64,000 nt of DNA from a bacterium (GTDB taxonomy: Bacteria > Patescibacteriota > Minisyncoccia > Phycocordibacterales > JAGLPS01). The stretch is taken from positions 23,535-87,534 of the forward strand of contig JAUYHB010000020.1 of assembly GCA_030690305.1 (NCBI GenBank), read 5' to 3'. This document shows positions 36,094-45,421 of this stretch, piece after piece (position 1 is the first letter of the stretch; each line of letters starts with the position of its first letter). Made by a program: the position numbers and the translations under genes. Below the pieces are notes generated by a model, which saw only the letters and a program-made list of their open reading frames with translations, made no database searches and was not told the origin of the DNA.

Positions 36094-38262
36094 ATGCAGA
36101 AAAAAGAATATTCGTTTGAGTTCGCAGGCAGGCCTCTCGTTGCCGAGTTTAGCGACCTTGCTGACCAGACAAACGGTTCAGTAATGGTTCGTTATGGAGA
36201 CACTGTTGTTTTGGGTACTGTGGTTATGTCAAAGAACCCAAAACCGGATATCGGCTATTTCCCTTTGACCGTCGATTACGAGGAAAGATTTTACGCGGCA
36301 GGACTTATTCTCGGAAGTCGCTTCGTACGGCGTGAGGGAAGACCGTCGGAAGAAGCAATTTTGAGCGGACGAATTACCGACAGAACCATTCGGCCTCTTT
36401 TCGACAGAAATTTAAGAAACGAGGTTCAGGTTGTCATTACCGTTTTATCGCTTGGTGATTATGACCCCGACGTTCTTGGCGTTATTGCCGCCTCACTTGC
36501 CTTAGGCACTTCGGATGTTCCGTGGGACGGACCGGTAAGCGCCGTGAGAATCGGAAAACTTAAAGGAAAAAACGAATTTGAAACCAATCCGACGTTCGCC
36601 CTCCGACAAAACGATGACTTTGAAACCGACATTCTCGCCTGCGGGAAAGACGGGGTCATCAACATGATTGAGATTGGTGCGAAAGAAACGGGAGAGGAAA
36701 CAGTGCTCCAGGGACTTGAACGTGCAAAAGAAGAAATTGAAAAAATTCAAATTTTTCAAAAGAAAATAATTTCGGAAATAGGAAAAGAAAAACAGGAGAT
36801 AAAAATTGAAACACTTTCTTCCGAAGCCCGCGATTTATTTAAGGAAAAGTTTGCTTCACGCCTGCATGAGTATGTGTTCACCGGAGTGCCGGGAAAGGCA
36901 AGAATCGAGGAATCAAAAAATGAATGGCTTGCGGCCGTTTCTGAAACTCTTCCCGAAGAAAGGACCCTTCTTGCGGGAGAATATTATGAAGAAAAACTTG
37001 ATGAGCTTGTACATGAAGAAGCGATCAAAAAAGGAAATAGGCCCGATGGACGGAAACTCGACGAACTGCGTCCTCTTTATGTCAAAGCGGGAGGTGTGTC
37101 GCCCGTGCTTCATGGTTCCGGAATTTTTTACAGAGGCGGAACCCATATACTTTCCGTAGCCACTCTTGGCGGACCGGGCGATTCGCAACTTATCGATGCC
37201 ATGGAAGAACAACAGACGCAAAAGCGTTTCATGCACCATTATAATTTTCCGCCATTCTCAACAGGTGAAACAGGAAGAATAGGATCGACAAACCGCCGCA
37301 TGATAGGACACGGCGCCCTTGCCGAAAAAGCGCTTGCTGCAGTCATTCCTCCCAAAGAAATATTTCCATATACCGTTCGTGTCGTATCCGAAGCAATGGC
37401 TTCAAACGGTTCAACCTCTATGGGTTCGGTGTGCGGAGGCACGCTTGCCCTTATGGATGCGGGGGTTCCGATTCTCGCTCCCGTCGCAGGTATCGCTATG
37501 GGTCTTATGATGGAATCTCACGACACATATAAAGTTTTGACCGACATCCAGGGACCGGAAGACCACCATGGCGATATGGATTTCAAAATTGCCGGGACCC
37601 GAAACGGCGTAACTGCGGTTCAGCTTGATGTCAAAATCAACGGGATACCGACGGCAATTCTTAAAGAAGCCCTTGAGGGCGCAAGAAAGGCCAGACTTGC
37701 CATTCTTGATGTCATTGAAAAAGAAATTCCTGCTCCACGAACAGAATTGCCCGCAAACGCGCCGAGAATTACGACAATAAAAATTAAAAAGGAACAAATC
37801 GGATTGGTTATCGGCTCGGGAGGAAAAACAATAAACGAAATCAGAGAGAAAACAAAAACGGAAATCGACATTGAAGAAGACGGAACGGTCTTTATTACCG
37901 GAAAGGGAGATGGACCGGGAGAAGCGGCACGAATTATAGGTGAAATGACCCGTGAATATAAAGCGGGAGAAACATTTGAAGGAGAGGTCGTTAAAATTAC
38001 CGACTTCGGGGCCTTCGTTAAAATAGGAGCGAATGCCGAAGGACTTGTCCATGTTTCGGAAATTGCGCCCTTCAGAATCGAAAGAGTGGACAGTGTGCTG
38101 AAGGCTGGAGACAAAGTTCCTGTTATTATAAAGGGGATAGACGAAAAAGAAAGAATAAAACTTTCTATTAAAGACAGGGACCCGAACTTCATTAAAAAAC
38201 CCGAACTTAATCACAATGCCCCCAACAAACCTCCCTACACAGGACACCAACACGGACAATAA
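36094..38262 (+). CDS. pnp: Polynucleotide phosphorylase
   Basis: FPLTVDYEER, FMHHYNFPP, SNGSTSMGS and GDMDFK; KH and S1 domains. Confidence 0.99.
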   Translation: MQKKEYSFEFAGRPLVAEFSDLADQTNGSVMVRYGDTVVLGTVVMSKNPKPDIGYFPLTVDYEERFYAAGLILGSRFVRREGRPSEEAILSGRITDRTIRPLFDRNLRNEVQVVITVLSLGDYDPDVLGVIAASLALGTSDVPWDGPVSAVRIGKLKGKNEFETNPTFALRQNDDFETDILACGKDGVINMIEIGAKETGEETVLQGLERAKEEIEKIQIFQKKIISEIGKEKQEIKIETLSSEARDLFKEKFASRLHEYVFTGVPGKARIEESKNEWLAAVSETLPEERTLLAGEYYEEKLDELVHEEAIKKGNRPDGRKLDELRPLYVKAGGVSPVLHGSGIFYRGGTHILSVATLGGPGDSQLIDAMEEQQTQKRFMHHYNFPPFSTGETGRIGSTNRRMIGHGALAEKALAAVIPPKEIFPYTVRVVSEAMASNGSTSMGSVCGGTLALMDAGVPILAPVAGIAMGLMMESHDTYKVLTDIQGPEDHHGDMDFKIAGTRNGVTAVQLDVKINGIPTAILKEALEGARKARLAILDVIEKEIPAPRTELPANAPRITTIKIKKEQIGLVIGSGGKTINEIREKTKTEIDIEEDGTVFITGKGDGPGEAARIIGEMTREYKAGETFEGEVVKITDFGAFVKIGANAEGLVHVSEIAPFRIERVDSVLKAGDKVPVIIKGIDEKERIKLSIKDRDPNFIKKPELNHNAPNKPPYTGHQHGQ

Positions 38263-39385
38263 TTCCTTGTCCTTAAATCAAAACGAAAAAAGTACCGTCC
38301 CGGTAATAGACGAGAGCTCACCGCTTACGCAAGAAGTGGCGGGAGAGTTGGCACGGATGGAAGAAAAAGCGGGAGTTCTTGAAAATCTTGGAAACAAAAT
38401 GTCGAAGAATCAGTTCGATGCTTTTGCCAAACAGAGAGAAATCAAACAGTCTACGCAAGCGCCCGTACAAGACAATCGTCCATCGCGTGTACAAGAGCTT
38501 ATACGTAGTAAATATTCCGATTACCCGATCAAGCCGTTGCGTACATATCGCGGCGATGTCGAGGAAGCGATTCAAAATAAAAACGCGTCCGTTACAAGCA
38601 TCGCTATCGCGGAAAAAAAACGAAAGGAAACAAGAGGGGAAAAAACATCTACCCAAAAAAGAGCGGGACCGCAGAACATGCTTATCGTTATTCTCATTCT
38701 TGTCCTTGTGATTGCGGGCGCAGGTTCATTGTTTATTTTTCTGTATGCAAAATACGAACAGAGCAAAGCGGTAATCACCCTCTATAAGCAAACTATTGTT
38801 CCTTCCGATACCGGAACCCAAATAACATTTATACCCGAATCAATTATTCAAAACCGTCTTTCAATACGGGAGAACATTCTTTCCAAGGAAGCGAAAATCG
38901 GGTCGGTTGTTTACTTTGACCTCATAAAGAACATGGGCGGAGAAAAATTGGCGCCGACTTCCGTGCCCGTCAGTGAGTTGGTCTCCGTTATCGCGCCGTC
39001 CATTCCTCCATATCTTGAACGTTCGTTCGAAAAAGATTACATGCTCGGACTTTATGTCCTCTCGGGAAATGAGCCGTTTCTCATAATTAAAACAAATTCG
39101 TATGAAACCGCGTTTTCAGGAATGCTTGCATGGGAGGAAACACTTCTTTCCGACGCTACTTCCGTTTTTTTTGCAAGCGACCAGATGTTCGCCACAACGA
39201 CAGGATCGACAATTTTTGAAGACAAAATTGTAAAAAATAAGGATACGCGCATCGCCAAGAATATAAACGGGGAAACAGTTCTTCTGTATTCCTTTCTTGA
39301 TAAAAAAACGCTGATTATCACCACAAAAGAAAGTGTATTTTCCGAAATTCTCGGGAGATATCTCAATTCAAAACTTGTTCGGTAA
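38216..39385 (+). CDS. Hypothetical single-TM protein
   Basis: Long ORF with a central TM helix; start uncertain because it overlaps the pnp end. Confidence 0.75.
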   Translation: MPPTNLPTQDTNTDNNSLSLNQNEKSTVPVIDESSPLTQEVAGELARMEEKAGVLENLGNKMSKNQFDAFAKQREIKQSTQAPVQDNRPSRVQELIRSKYSDYPIKPLRTYRGDVEEAIQNKNASVTSIAIAEKKRKETRGEKTSTQKRAGPQNMLIVILILVLVIAGAGSLFIFLYAKYEQSKAVITLYKQTIVPSDTGTQITFIPESIIQNRLSIRENILSKEAKIGSVVYFDLIKNMGGEKLAPTSVPVSELVSVIAPSIPPYLERSFEKDYMLGLYVLSGNEPFLIIKTNSYETAFSGMLAWEETLLSDATSVFFASDQMFATTTGSTIFEDKIVKNKDTRIAKNINGETVLLYSFLDKKTLIITTKESVFSEILGRYLNSKLVR

Positions 39386-39427
39386 CGTTTTCTTTTCTTA
39401 CCGCATTACTTTTGTTATCATAGGGCC

Positions 39428-39793
39428 ATGGAACAAAAAAATATCGAGCTTTTCAAAAAGAAAATTGAGGATGAAATGGCTCTCCTTGAAAAAGAGCTTT
39501 CTTCGGTGGGACGTAAAAATCCCGCAAACCCCAATGACTGGGAGGCGGTGACGGAAGCTTCGGGAATGTCTGCTGTCGCGGACGCCAATGAATCGGCGGA
39601 CACAATTGAAGAATATGAAGAAAATACCGCTATTTTGAAACAGCTGGAAATCAGATACAACGAATTAAAAGGTGCTCTTAAACGCATCAAAGACGGGGCA
39701 TACGGAATGTGCGAGAAGGGTGGTGAACCGATTGAGCAGGAGCGCTTAGAAGCAAATCCCGCCGCGCGCACATGCAAGGCGCACATGGAGTAA
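39428..39793 (+). CDS. DksA/TraR family protein
   Basis: ALKRIKDGAYGMCEKGGEPIEQERLEANPAARTC C-terminal signature. Confidence 0.88.
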   Translation: MEQKNIELFKKKIEDEMALLEKELSSVGRKNPANPNDWEAVTEASGMSAVADANESADTIEEYEENTAILKQLEIRYNELKGALKRIKDGAYGMCEKGGEPIEQERLEANPAARTCKAHME

Positions 39794-39799
39794 GCTTAT

Positions 39800-41350
39800 A
39801 TGTTTGGAAAAGTATATAGCGCCCAGCTTTCCTTTCTTTCCGCTCATATTGTGCACATTGAAGTAGACCTCTCCCGAGGTCTATATTCTTTTTCAATCGT
39901 GGGACTTCCCGATAAGGCGGTTGAGGAGGCGCGCGACAGAATATCGGCGGCAATAAAAAATTCCGGATTTAAATCACCTAAAAACAAAAATCAGAAAGTG
40001 GTTATATCTCTTGCACCCGCCGAACTCAAAAAAGAAGGTTCGTTGTTTGACTTGCCGATGGCTCTTGCTTATCTTCTTGCATCGGAAGATGTTTCTTTCT
40101 CTCCCGAAAAACGTTTGTTTCTGGGTGAATTGTCGCTTGACGGGACGTTACGGAAAATTCAAGGTGCATTACCTCTTGTTGAAAAAGCAAAACGTGAAGG
40201 GTTTACCGAAGTTTTTCTTCCAAAAGATAACGCGAGAGAAGCGGCTTTTGTTCGAAACATAAAAATTTTCGGAGTACGAAATTTGAAAGAGGTTGCCGAA
40301 CATCTCGAAGAAAAAAAAGAAAAACAAAAAAAATTTCTTATCGAGCCGCAAAAAGAAACCGCGATTGTCTTTGAAAATGCACCGCAGAAAATAACTTTCG
40401 GGGATATAAAAGGGCAAGAAGGGGCAAAACGGGGGCTAGAGATTGCAGCCGCGGGAGGGCACAATATTGCGATGTACGGGCCGCCCGGAACAGGAAAGAC
40501 CATGCTTGCAAAAGCATTTTGCGGTATCTTACCACCTCTTTCCCGTGAAGATATTTTTGAGGTAACAAGCATTCATTCGGCTACCGGAATCCTAAAGGAC
40601 GACCTTCTCATACATCCTCCTTTCCGTGCACCACACCACACTTCTTCGTACGTATCCCTCATTGGCGGCGGGACAATTCCGAAACCGGGTGAAGTGACGT
40701 TGGCACATAATGGTGTACTGTTTCTCGACGAATTTCCCGAGTTTGAAAGCAGGGTTATTGATTCTCTGCGAGAACCGCTCGAGGAAAGGGTCGCCCGGGT
40801 GTCACGGGCACGGGGCTCGGTTCAGTTTCCTGCAAAATTTATCCTTATTGCCGCCATGAATCCTTGTCCATGCGGATATTTCGGAGTAAAAGGAAAATCG
40901 TGCGTGTGCAGACCGGCAGATATATTGCGATATAAAAGAAAAATCTCCGGACCGATTATAGACAGAATCGATTTGTGGGTTGAGGTCGCAAACATCGGAC
41001 ATGAGAAACTTATGGAAAAAGGGGAGGGGGTTGATTATGGAGAAACAGCGCGCAAACGGGTATTACATGCGCGAGAAATCCAAGAGAAAAGATTCAAGAG
41101 CCTAAATTTACAATTGAAAACCAACAGCGAGCTTGGGCCACGAAGTATCGTTAATCATATTTCTTTGGACACATCGGTAAAAAAGGTGCTCGATGATGCC
41201 GCCCGTCGGTTTGATTTATCTCCGCGAATGTATCATAGAATCATAAAGGTTGCCCGTACCATCGCCGATCTCGAGCCTTCGGAAAACATAAAAGAGGAAC
41301 ACCTGTTTGAGGCTCTGCAGTACAGACCGAAACAAGAAGAACGAGGGTAA
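39800..41350 (+). CDS. comM: ComM / YifB Mg-chelatase-like AAA+ ATPase
   Basis: IVGLPD, GPPGTGKT, PFRAPHH, LFLDEFPEF and AAMNPCPCG. Confidence 0.95.
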   Translation: MFGKVYSAQLSFLSAHIVHIEVDLSRGLYSFSIVGLPDKAVEEARDRISAAIKNSGFKSPKNKNQKVVISLAPAELKKEGSLFDLPMALAYLLASEDVSFSPEKRLFLGELSLDGTLRKIQGALPLVEKAKREGFTEVFLPKDNAREAAFVRNIKIFGVRNLKEVAEHLEEKKEKQKKFLIEPQKETAIVFENAPQKITFGDIKGQEGAKRGLEIAAAGGHNIAMYGPPGTGKTMLAKAFCGILPPLSREDIFEVTSIHSATGILKDDLLIHPPFRAPHHTSSYVSLIGGGTIPKPGEVTLAHNGVLFLDEFPEFESRVIDSLREPLEERVARVSRARGSVQFPAKFILIAAMNPCPCGYFGVKGKSCVCRPADILRYKRKISGPIIDRIDLWVEVANIGHEKLMEKGEGVDYGETARKRVLHAREIQEKRFKSLNLQLKTNSELGPRSIVNHISLDTSVKKVLDDAARRFDLSPRMYHRIIKVARTIADLEPSENIKEEHLFEALQYRPKQEERG

Positions 41351-41411
41351 TTTTGAGTTTATATTTGATTGGGGCTATTATTTGTAGAGCGCTACTTTAA
41401 CCCGAATATTA

Positions 41412-42476
41412 ATGATTAAAAAATATAGGTACCTTATAGTCTTTTCTCTTATGCTTCTTGTCGCTGTAAGTATTTTCTTACTGTGGGACAGGCTGAATCA
41501 AAAATTAAATCCTGAAAAAGAAATCTCGGAAGGAGAAGTGAAGGAAACCGTAGCCGACTCAAATATACCGATTTCCCAAAGAGTAACATTTGAAAAAATT
41601 TCGGAACCATCACGGGCATTTCCCGAAGAAAGCGGCCTTAATGTTCCGGTATTGCCAATTCCTCAGCCAAAAATGGATAAGGTTACGGAAAGCGAGGGGT
41701 TTCTCCCGAAATATGTCACCTTTTTTGAAAATATAAAAAAGGCGGCAGAGGCCGTCCAAGAAGTCGTGGAGAGAAAAGTAAGCACACCAACATCTTCAAG
41801 CCCGGGAGCTTTGTCTTCGACATTTTCCGCGACCTCAACGCAGGAAATCAAATTAACGCTCACGGACGAAGAGTTCAACTATCTGTATCCTTCTTATTTT
41901 TTACAAGATCTTCAGGATAGCCAAAATCTTCTGAAAGAGTACGACCCGAGCTATGAACCGCTTCCGGAAATAAAAAACGATTCACACGTCCGTTTTGTTC
42001 AGGAGAAGATCGTTGTCGCACTGCTCTCCGCAAACATGCTGAACACCGATGAGGCACAGCGGTATATCACGACCATTCGTTTTACACTTCCCCAAATTCA
42101 ATTTTTTGAGCTTGAATTACGAAAGCAAGCTCTCGAAAATCGCTCCTTCGTGCAAAAAATGACTGATTTTCTCATCGCAAATTTTTCAAAAACAAAACAA
42201 GCACCTCAAGGAATCTACCTGGCGGGACTTGCTGACCAACTGAAGAATCTTTTGCTTCCCACGGCACAAGCGGGAGGAGGGGGACCGTGCGGGGAATGCC
42301 ACATATTACCCGTGTGTGTTCAAGAGGGCGTGGCAACCCCTATAGCAGGTACGGAAACCTGGACGGCTTTTTGCCAGTGCACAGGATGTTTGTATGGGAA
42401 CGGGTGTCTTGATAGATGTTTCCCCTCAGCTGCTATTTGGGATCCGACGACCGGAATTTGCGGGTGCGGAATATAG
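41412..42476 (+). CDS. Membrane-anchored hypothetical protein with a 10-Cys C-terminal domain
   Basis: N-terminal TM; the last ~65 aa contain 10 Cys. Confidence 0.8.
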   Translation: MIKKYRYLIVFSLMLLVAVSIFLLWDRLNQKLNPEKEISEGEVKETVADSNIPISQRVTFEKISEPSRAFPEESGLNVPVLPIPQPKMDKVTESEGFLPKYVTFFENIKKAAEAVQEVVERKVSTPTSSSPGALSSTFSATSTQEIKLTLTDEEFNYLYPSYFLQDLQDSQNLLKEYDPSYEPLPEIKNDSHVRFVQEKIVVALLSANMLNTDEAQRYITTIRFTLPQIQFFELELRKQALENRSFVQKMTDFLIANFSKTKQAPQGIYLAGLADQLKNLLLPTAQAGGGGPCGECHILPVCVQEGVATPIAGTETWTAFCQCTGCLYGNGCLDRCFPSAAIWDPTTGICGCGI

Positions 42477-43983
42477 AAAAAACAAGCACTGATAATGAAA
42501 TGATAACGGGCCAGTCTCCAAAACGGGTATAGGGGGTTTTGGTCTCTGAAGGACTTACTTGAACAAAAAGAATCTGGTCTTCAAAAGATGACGATTCTTT
42601 TATCACATCCCCCCTTGAGTCAATAAAAAACGATTGGCCGCCGTTTGACGCCTGAAGAAACGGGCGGGCGGTTGAAACCGCCTGGAAACGGGCCATTGTT
42701 TTTATTTGACGAAGAAAAAAAGGTTCGTTGCGAAATACTATCTGGCTTGCCGAGTTAACAAGGATTTCCGCTCCTTTATTGGCAAGGGAACGATACAGTG
42801 AAGGGGACACTATCCCCGAGCACATGAGCGCACCGATTTTTGTATCCCCAAACGGCACCGGCATTTCAAGAACGTCTCCCGGAATTCGTGTTCTTGAAGA
42901 ACTGAAGCGTTCAAGCAATGTCTTGTCCTGAAAATACAAAAAGGCTTTAAGAATCACAGGGAGATATTCTCCCCCGGGAATGAGAAATGTTTTGTCTTGT
43001 ACAGAGAGAATTTCATTATTTTGGGTTCGATATATCATTCGCTCCTTCGTGCCGGATTCATATGAAACGACACTGCTCGTGATAATAAGGCCGTCAGTAT
43101 CTTTTTTAGAGAAAATGTTTTCAAGCAAAGTCTTGTTGGAGTCATCGGAAAACAGAGTACCCCCTTCCGGAAAAATTACTACGTCAGGCTGTTGGAACCC
43201 TTTTTCTTTGGTAATCGCCTTTTCCCATAGTGAACTGAAGTCGTCCTGACTCAAGGACCCTAGTAGTTTTTCTGTGTGAACAAGGGCTATATTAAGAGGT
43301 TTTTCTTGGGGTCCTTCCTGGAAAAACAAATTGGGGGCATAAAATAAAAAGAGAAGAAAGAGCGTGACGGGAAAAATAAGGCGAAACTCTTTTTTAAAAA
43401 TGCGGAAAAGAAAGAAGTTTATGCATACAACAAGAAAACTTAACCCGTATAAACCTACAAGGCGAGACCAAAAAACAATCGGGGTATCAATGAAAACATA
43501 CCCAAGGTCCCCAAATGTCCAGTGAGGTCCGAGTGTTGCGCCTGGTCCCCATGCAAATACGCCGAAAAGCACGGCTCGGAAATATTCGGAGAGTATCCAT
43601 AGAGACGGAAGGGTGATGAATGGAAATATTTTTAAAAACTTCAAAGAAAGCAGACCGAATAATCCGAAGGGGAGACTGACAAAAAGAGAGGTCCCGAGCC
43701 AGGCTATCGCAAATAAAGGCGCGGCTGACAGGGTGTTATGCACACCCGCCCAGCCTCCCGGGAAAGAATACAAGATAAAACGAAACGTAAGGGAGAAGAA
43801 AACAAAACCCAAAAGCCAACCCCCAAGAAACACCTCCCTTCGTGTGTTTTTGTTTTGATTTCCCGTTATTTCAAGAAAAACAAAAAAGGGAATCTGGGCA
43901 AGGAGCACTACCCACCAGAAATAAGGTCTTTCAAGTGAAAGAGAGAGAAGAAGCCCGGAGAGAAGAGGTAAAAACCATTTCAT
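42433..43983 (-). CDS. lnt: Apolipoprotein N-acyltransferase
   Basis: Multi-TM N-terminus and nitrilase triad (FPEG, DKTFLIPGGEYLP, LMCS); TPYTRFGDW. Confidence 0.88.
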   Translation of the reverse strand: MKWFLPLLSGLLLSLSLERPYFWWVVLLAQIPFFVFLEITGNQNKNTRREVFLGGWLLGFVFFSLTFRFILYSFPGGWAGVHNTLSAAPLFAIAWLGTSLFVSLPFGLFGLLSLKFLKIFPFITLPSLWILSEYFRAVLFGVFAWGPGATLGPHWTFGDLGYVFIDTPIVFWSRLVGLYGLSFLVVCINFFLFRIFKKEFRLIFPVTLFLLFLFYAPNLFFQEGPQEKPLNIALVHTEKLLGSLSQDDFSSLWEKAITKEKGFQQPDVVIFPEGGTLFSDDSNKTLLENIFSKKDTDGLIITSSVVSYESGTKERMIYRTQNNEILSVQDKTFLIPGGEYLPVILKAFLYFQDKTLLERFSSSRTRIPGDVLEMPVPFGDTKIGALMCSGIVSPSLYRSLANKGAEILVNSASQIVFRNEPFFLRQIKTMARFQAVSTARPFLQASNGGQSFFIDSRGDVIKESSSFEDQILFVQVSPSETKTPYTRFGDWPVIISLSVLVFSIFRTRKFRSSDPK

Positions 43984-44157
43984 TTATAAAATTGTACATT
44001 AATTTAGGAAGTTACATACAAAAACCGCCTCAGGGCGGTTTTTGTATTCGGAATACTATCTAGATTGTAAAGTTATTGCTTGGCGCAGCGAATGAGGTGA
44101 GGAAGTTCTTATATTATCTCCTACGAGCCGGTGACTGCAACAAAAGAACACCTTTTA

Positions 44158-45105
44158 TTAAAACGGATTTCGGGCGCCACGAACTTCAAAATGAAGGTGA
44201 CTTCCTGTTGAACGGCCGGTTGAACCAACATACCCGATAACTTCTCCCTGGGAAACGACTTGTCCTACCCTGGCAAGGACTCTGCTCATGTGGGCATACA
44301 AGGTCTGAGTACCGTTGTCATGCGCAATAACAACGTAATCTCCATACCCTCCGTTCCATCCGGAATCCCTGCTGATAATCACTACACCCGACGCGGAAGC
44401 AAAAACGGGAGTGCCCGACGGTGCCGCAATATCAATTCCGTTGTACCCGTGGAGTCCTTGACTACGAACACCTTGAACCGGGCGCATATAGTACCCTTCA
44501 TAATGAGGGTATGTTGTCCCTTTAACGCTTGAGCTTGTTATTGTAGCTGTCTGAGGTGCCTCTCCGTCAGGAATAATGACAACACTTCCCACTGCGAGGG
44601 AGGCGTTTGCGGAAATATTGTTATATTGGACTATTTCATCAAGGTCTCCTTTGTAGGTTTTGGCAATTTTGGCAAGAGTGTCGCCACTTTTTACCGTGTG
44701 TCGAATACCGGAAACCGGCAGAATCACCAGGGTTTGGCCTGGTTTGATGGTTGAACCACGTAGATTGTTGCCCCAGACGATAGTGTTGACCGATACGTTA
44801 AACATTTTTGCGATTTGCGACAGGGAGTCTCCTTCGTGAACAACATAGAGGCTGATTTGGTCACTTGAGGGGCGAACTTTCCCATATTCATCTCCACTTG
44901 GTCCAGTCTCAGGCAATAAAGCTGAGTCGTCAACAATAACAAGGTCGCCACCACCGCTTGCCGGGTTGAATGTGGGGTTGAGAACCCCTTGGAGTAAGGC
45001 TATATTTTGGGAATTAGCCTCGCGCTCATTAACAAAAGTAACGCGATTTATAAAATCAGAAAAAAGGGAAAGGAAGCCGGCGTGAAGACCGTTCGGAAAA
45101 AACAT
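44158..45105 (-). CDS. LysM x2 + M23 peptidase (true start probably further upstream)
   Basis: Two LysM repeats; HGYNGID, YAH and HLHFEV motifs. The frame is open upstream to 45249. Confidence 0.93.
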   Translation of the reverse strand: MFFPNGLHAGFLSLFSDFINRVTFVNEREANSQNIALLQGVLNPTFNPASGGGDLVIVDDSALLPETGPSGDEYGKVRPSSDQISLYVVHEGDSLSQIAKMFNVSVNTIVWGNNLRGSTIKPGQTLVILPVSGIRHTVKSGDTLAKIAKTYKGDLDEIVQYNNISANASLAVGSVVIIPDGEAPQTATITSSSVKGTTYPHYEGYYMRPVQGVRSQGLHGYNGIDIAAPSGTPVFASASGVVIISRDSGWNGGYGDYVVIAHDNGTQTLYAHMSRVLARVGQVVSQGEVIGYVGSTGRSTGSHLHFEVRGARNPF

Positions 45106-45322
45106 TATCGCAAGTAAAACAAAGACAACAGGATTCTTGAAAAGCCCGAAAAAAAGTGATTTTGTCGCCTGGTTTCTAGCTAAAGATTGGTTGCTAGGAA
45201 AGCCAGGGTCCTGGAAAGTGGGTAAAATAAGCCCTATTTTAATGATAACTCATCCTTCTCAGAAATAAATGGCTCAACTGAGCCATTTTTGGAAAAATCA
45301 GTATATTGCTGTATATTTGTGG

Positions 45323-45350
45323 ATTATAGTCTCTGAGAACCAAAAGTCAA
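45323..45350 (-). promoter_or_regulatory. Sigma70-type promoter of the LysM/M23 gene
   Basis: TTGACT-16-TATAAT on the minus strand. Confidence 0.6.
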
Positions 45351-45421
45351 CAAAGGAAACCCGCCGGTGTTGATAACAAAATTATGGTTTTAGGAAGTGT
45401 TTTTGAGAGATTTACAGAAAA

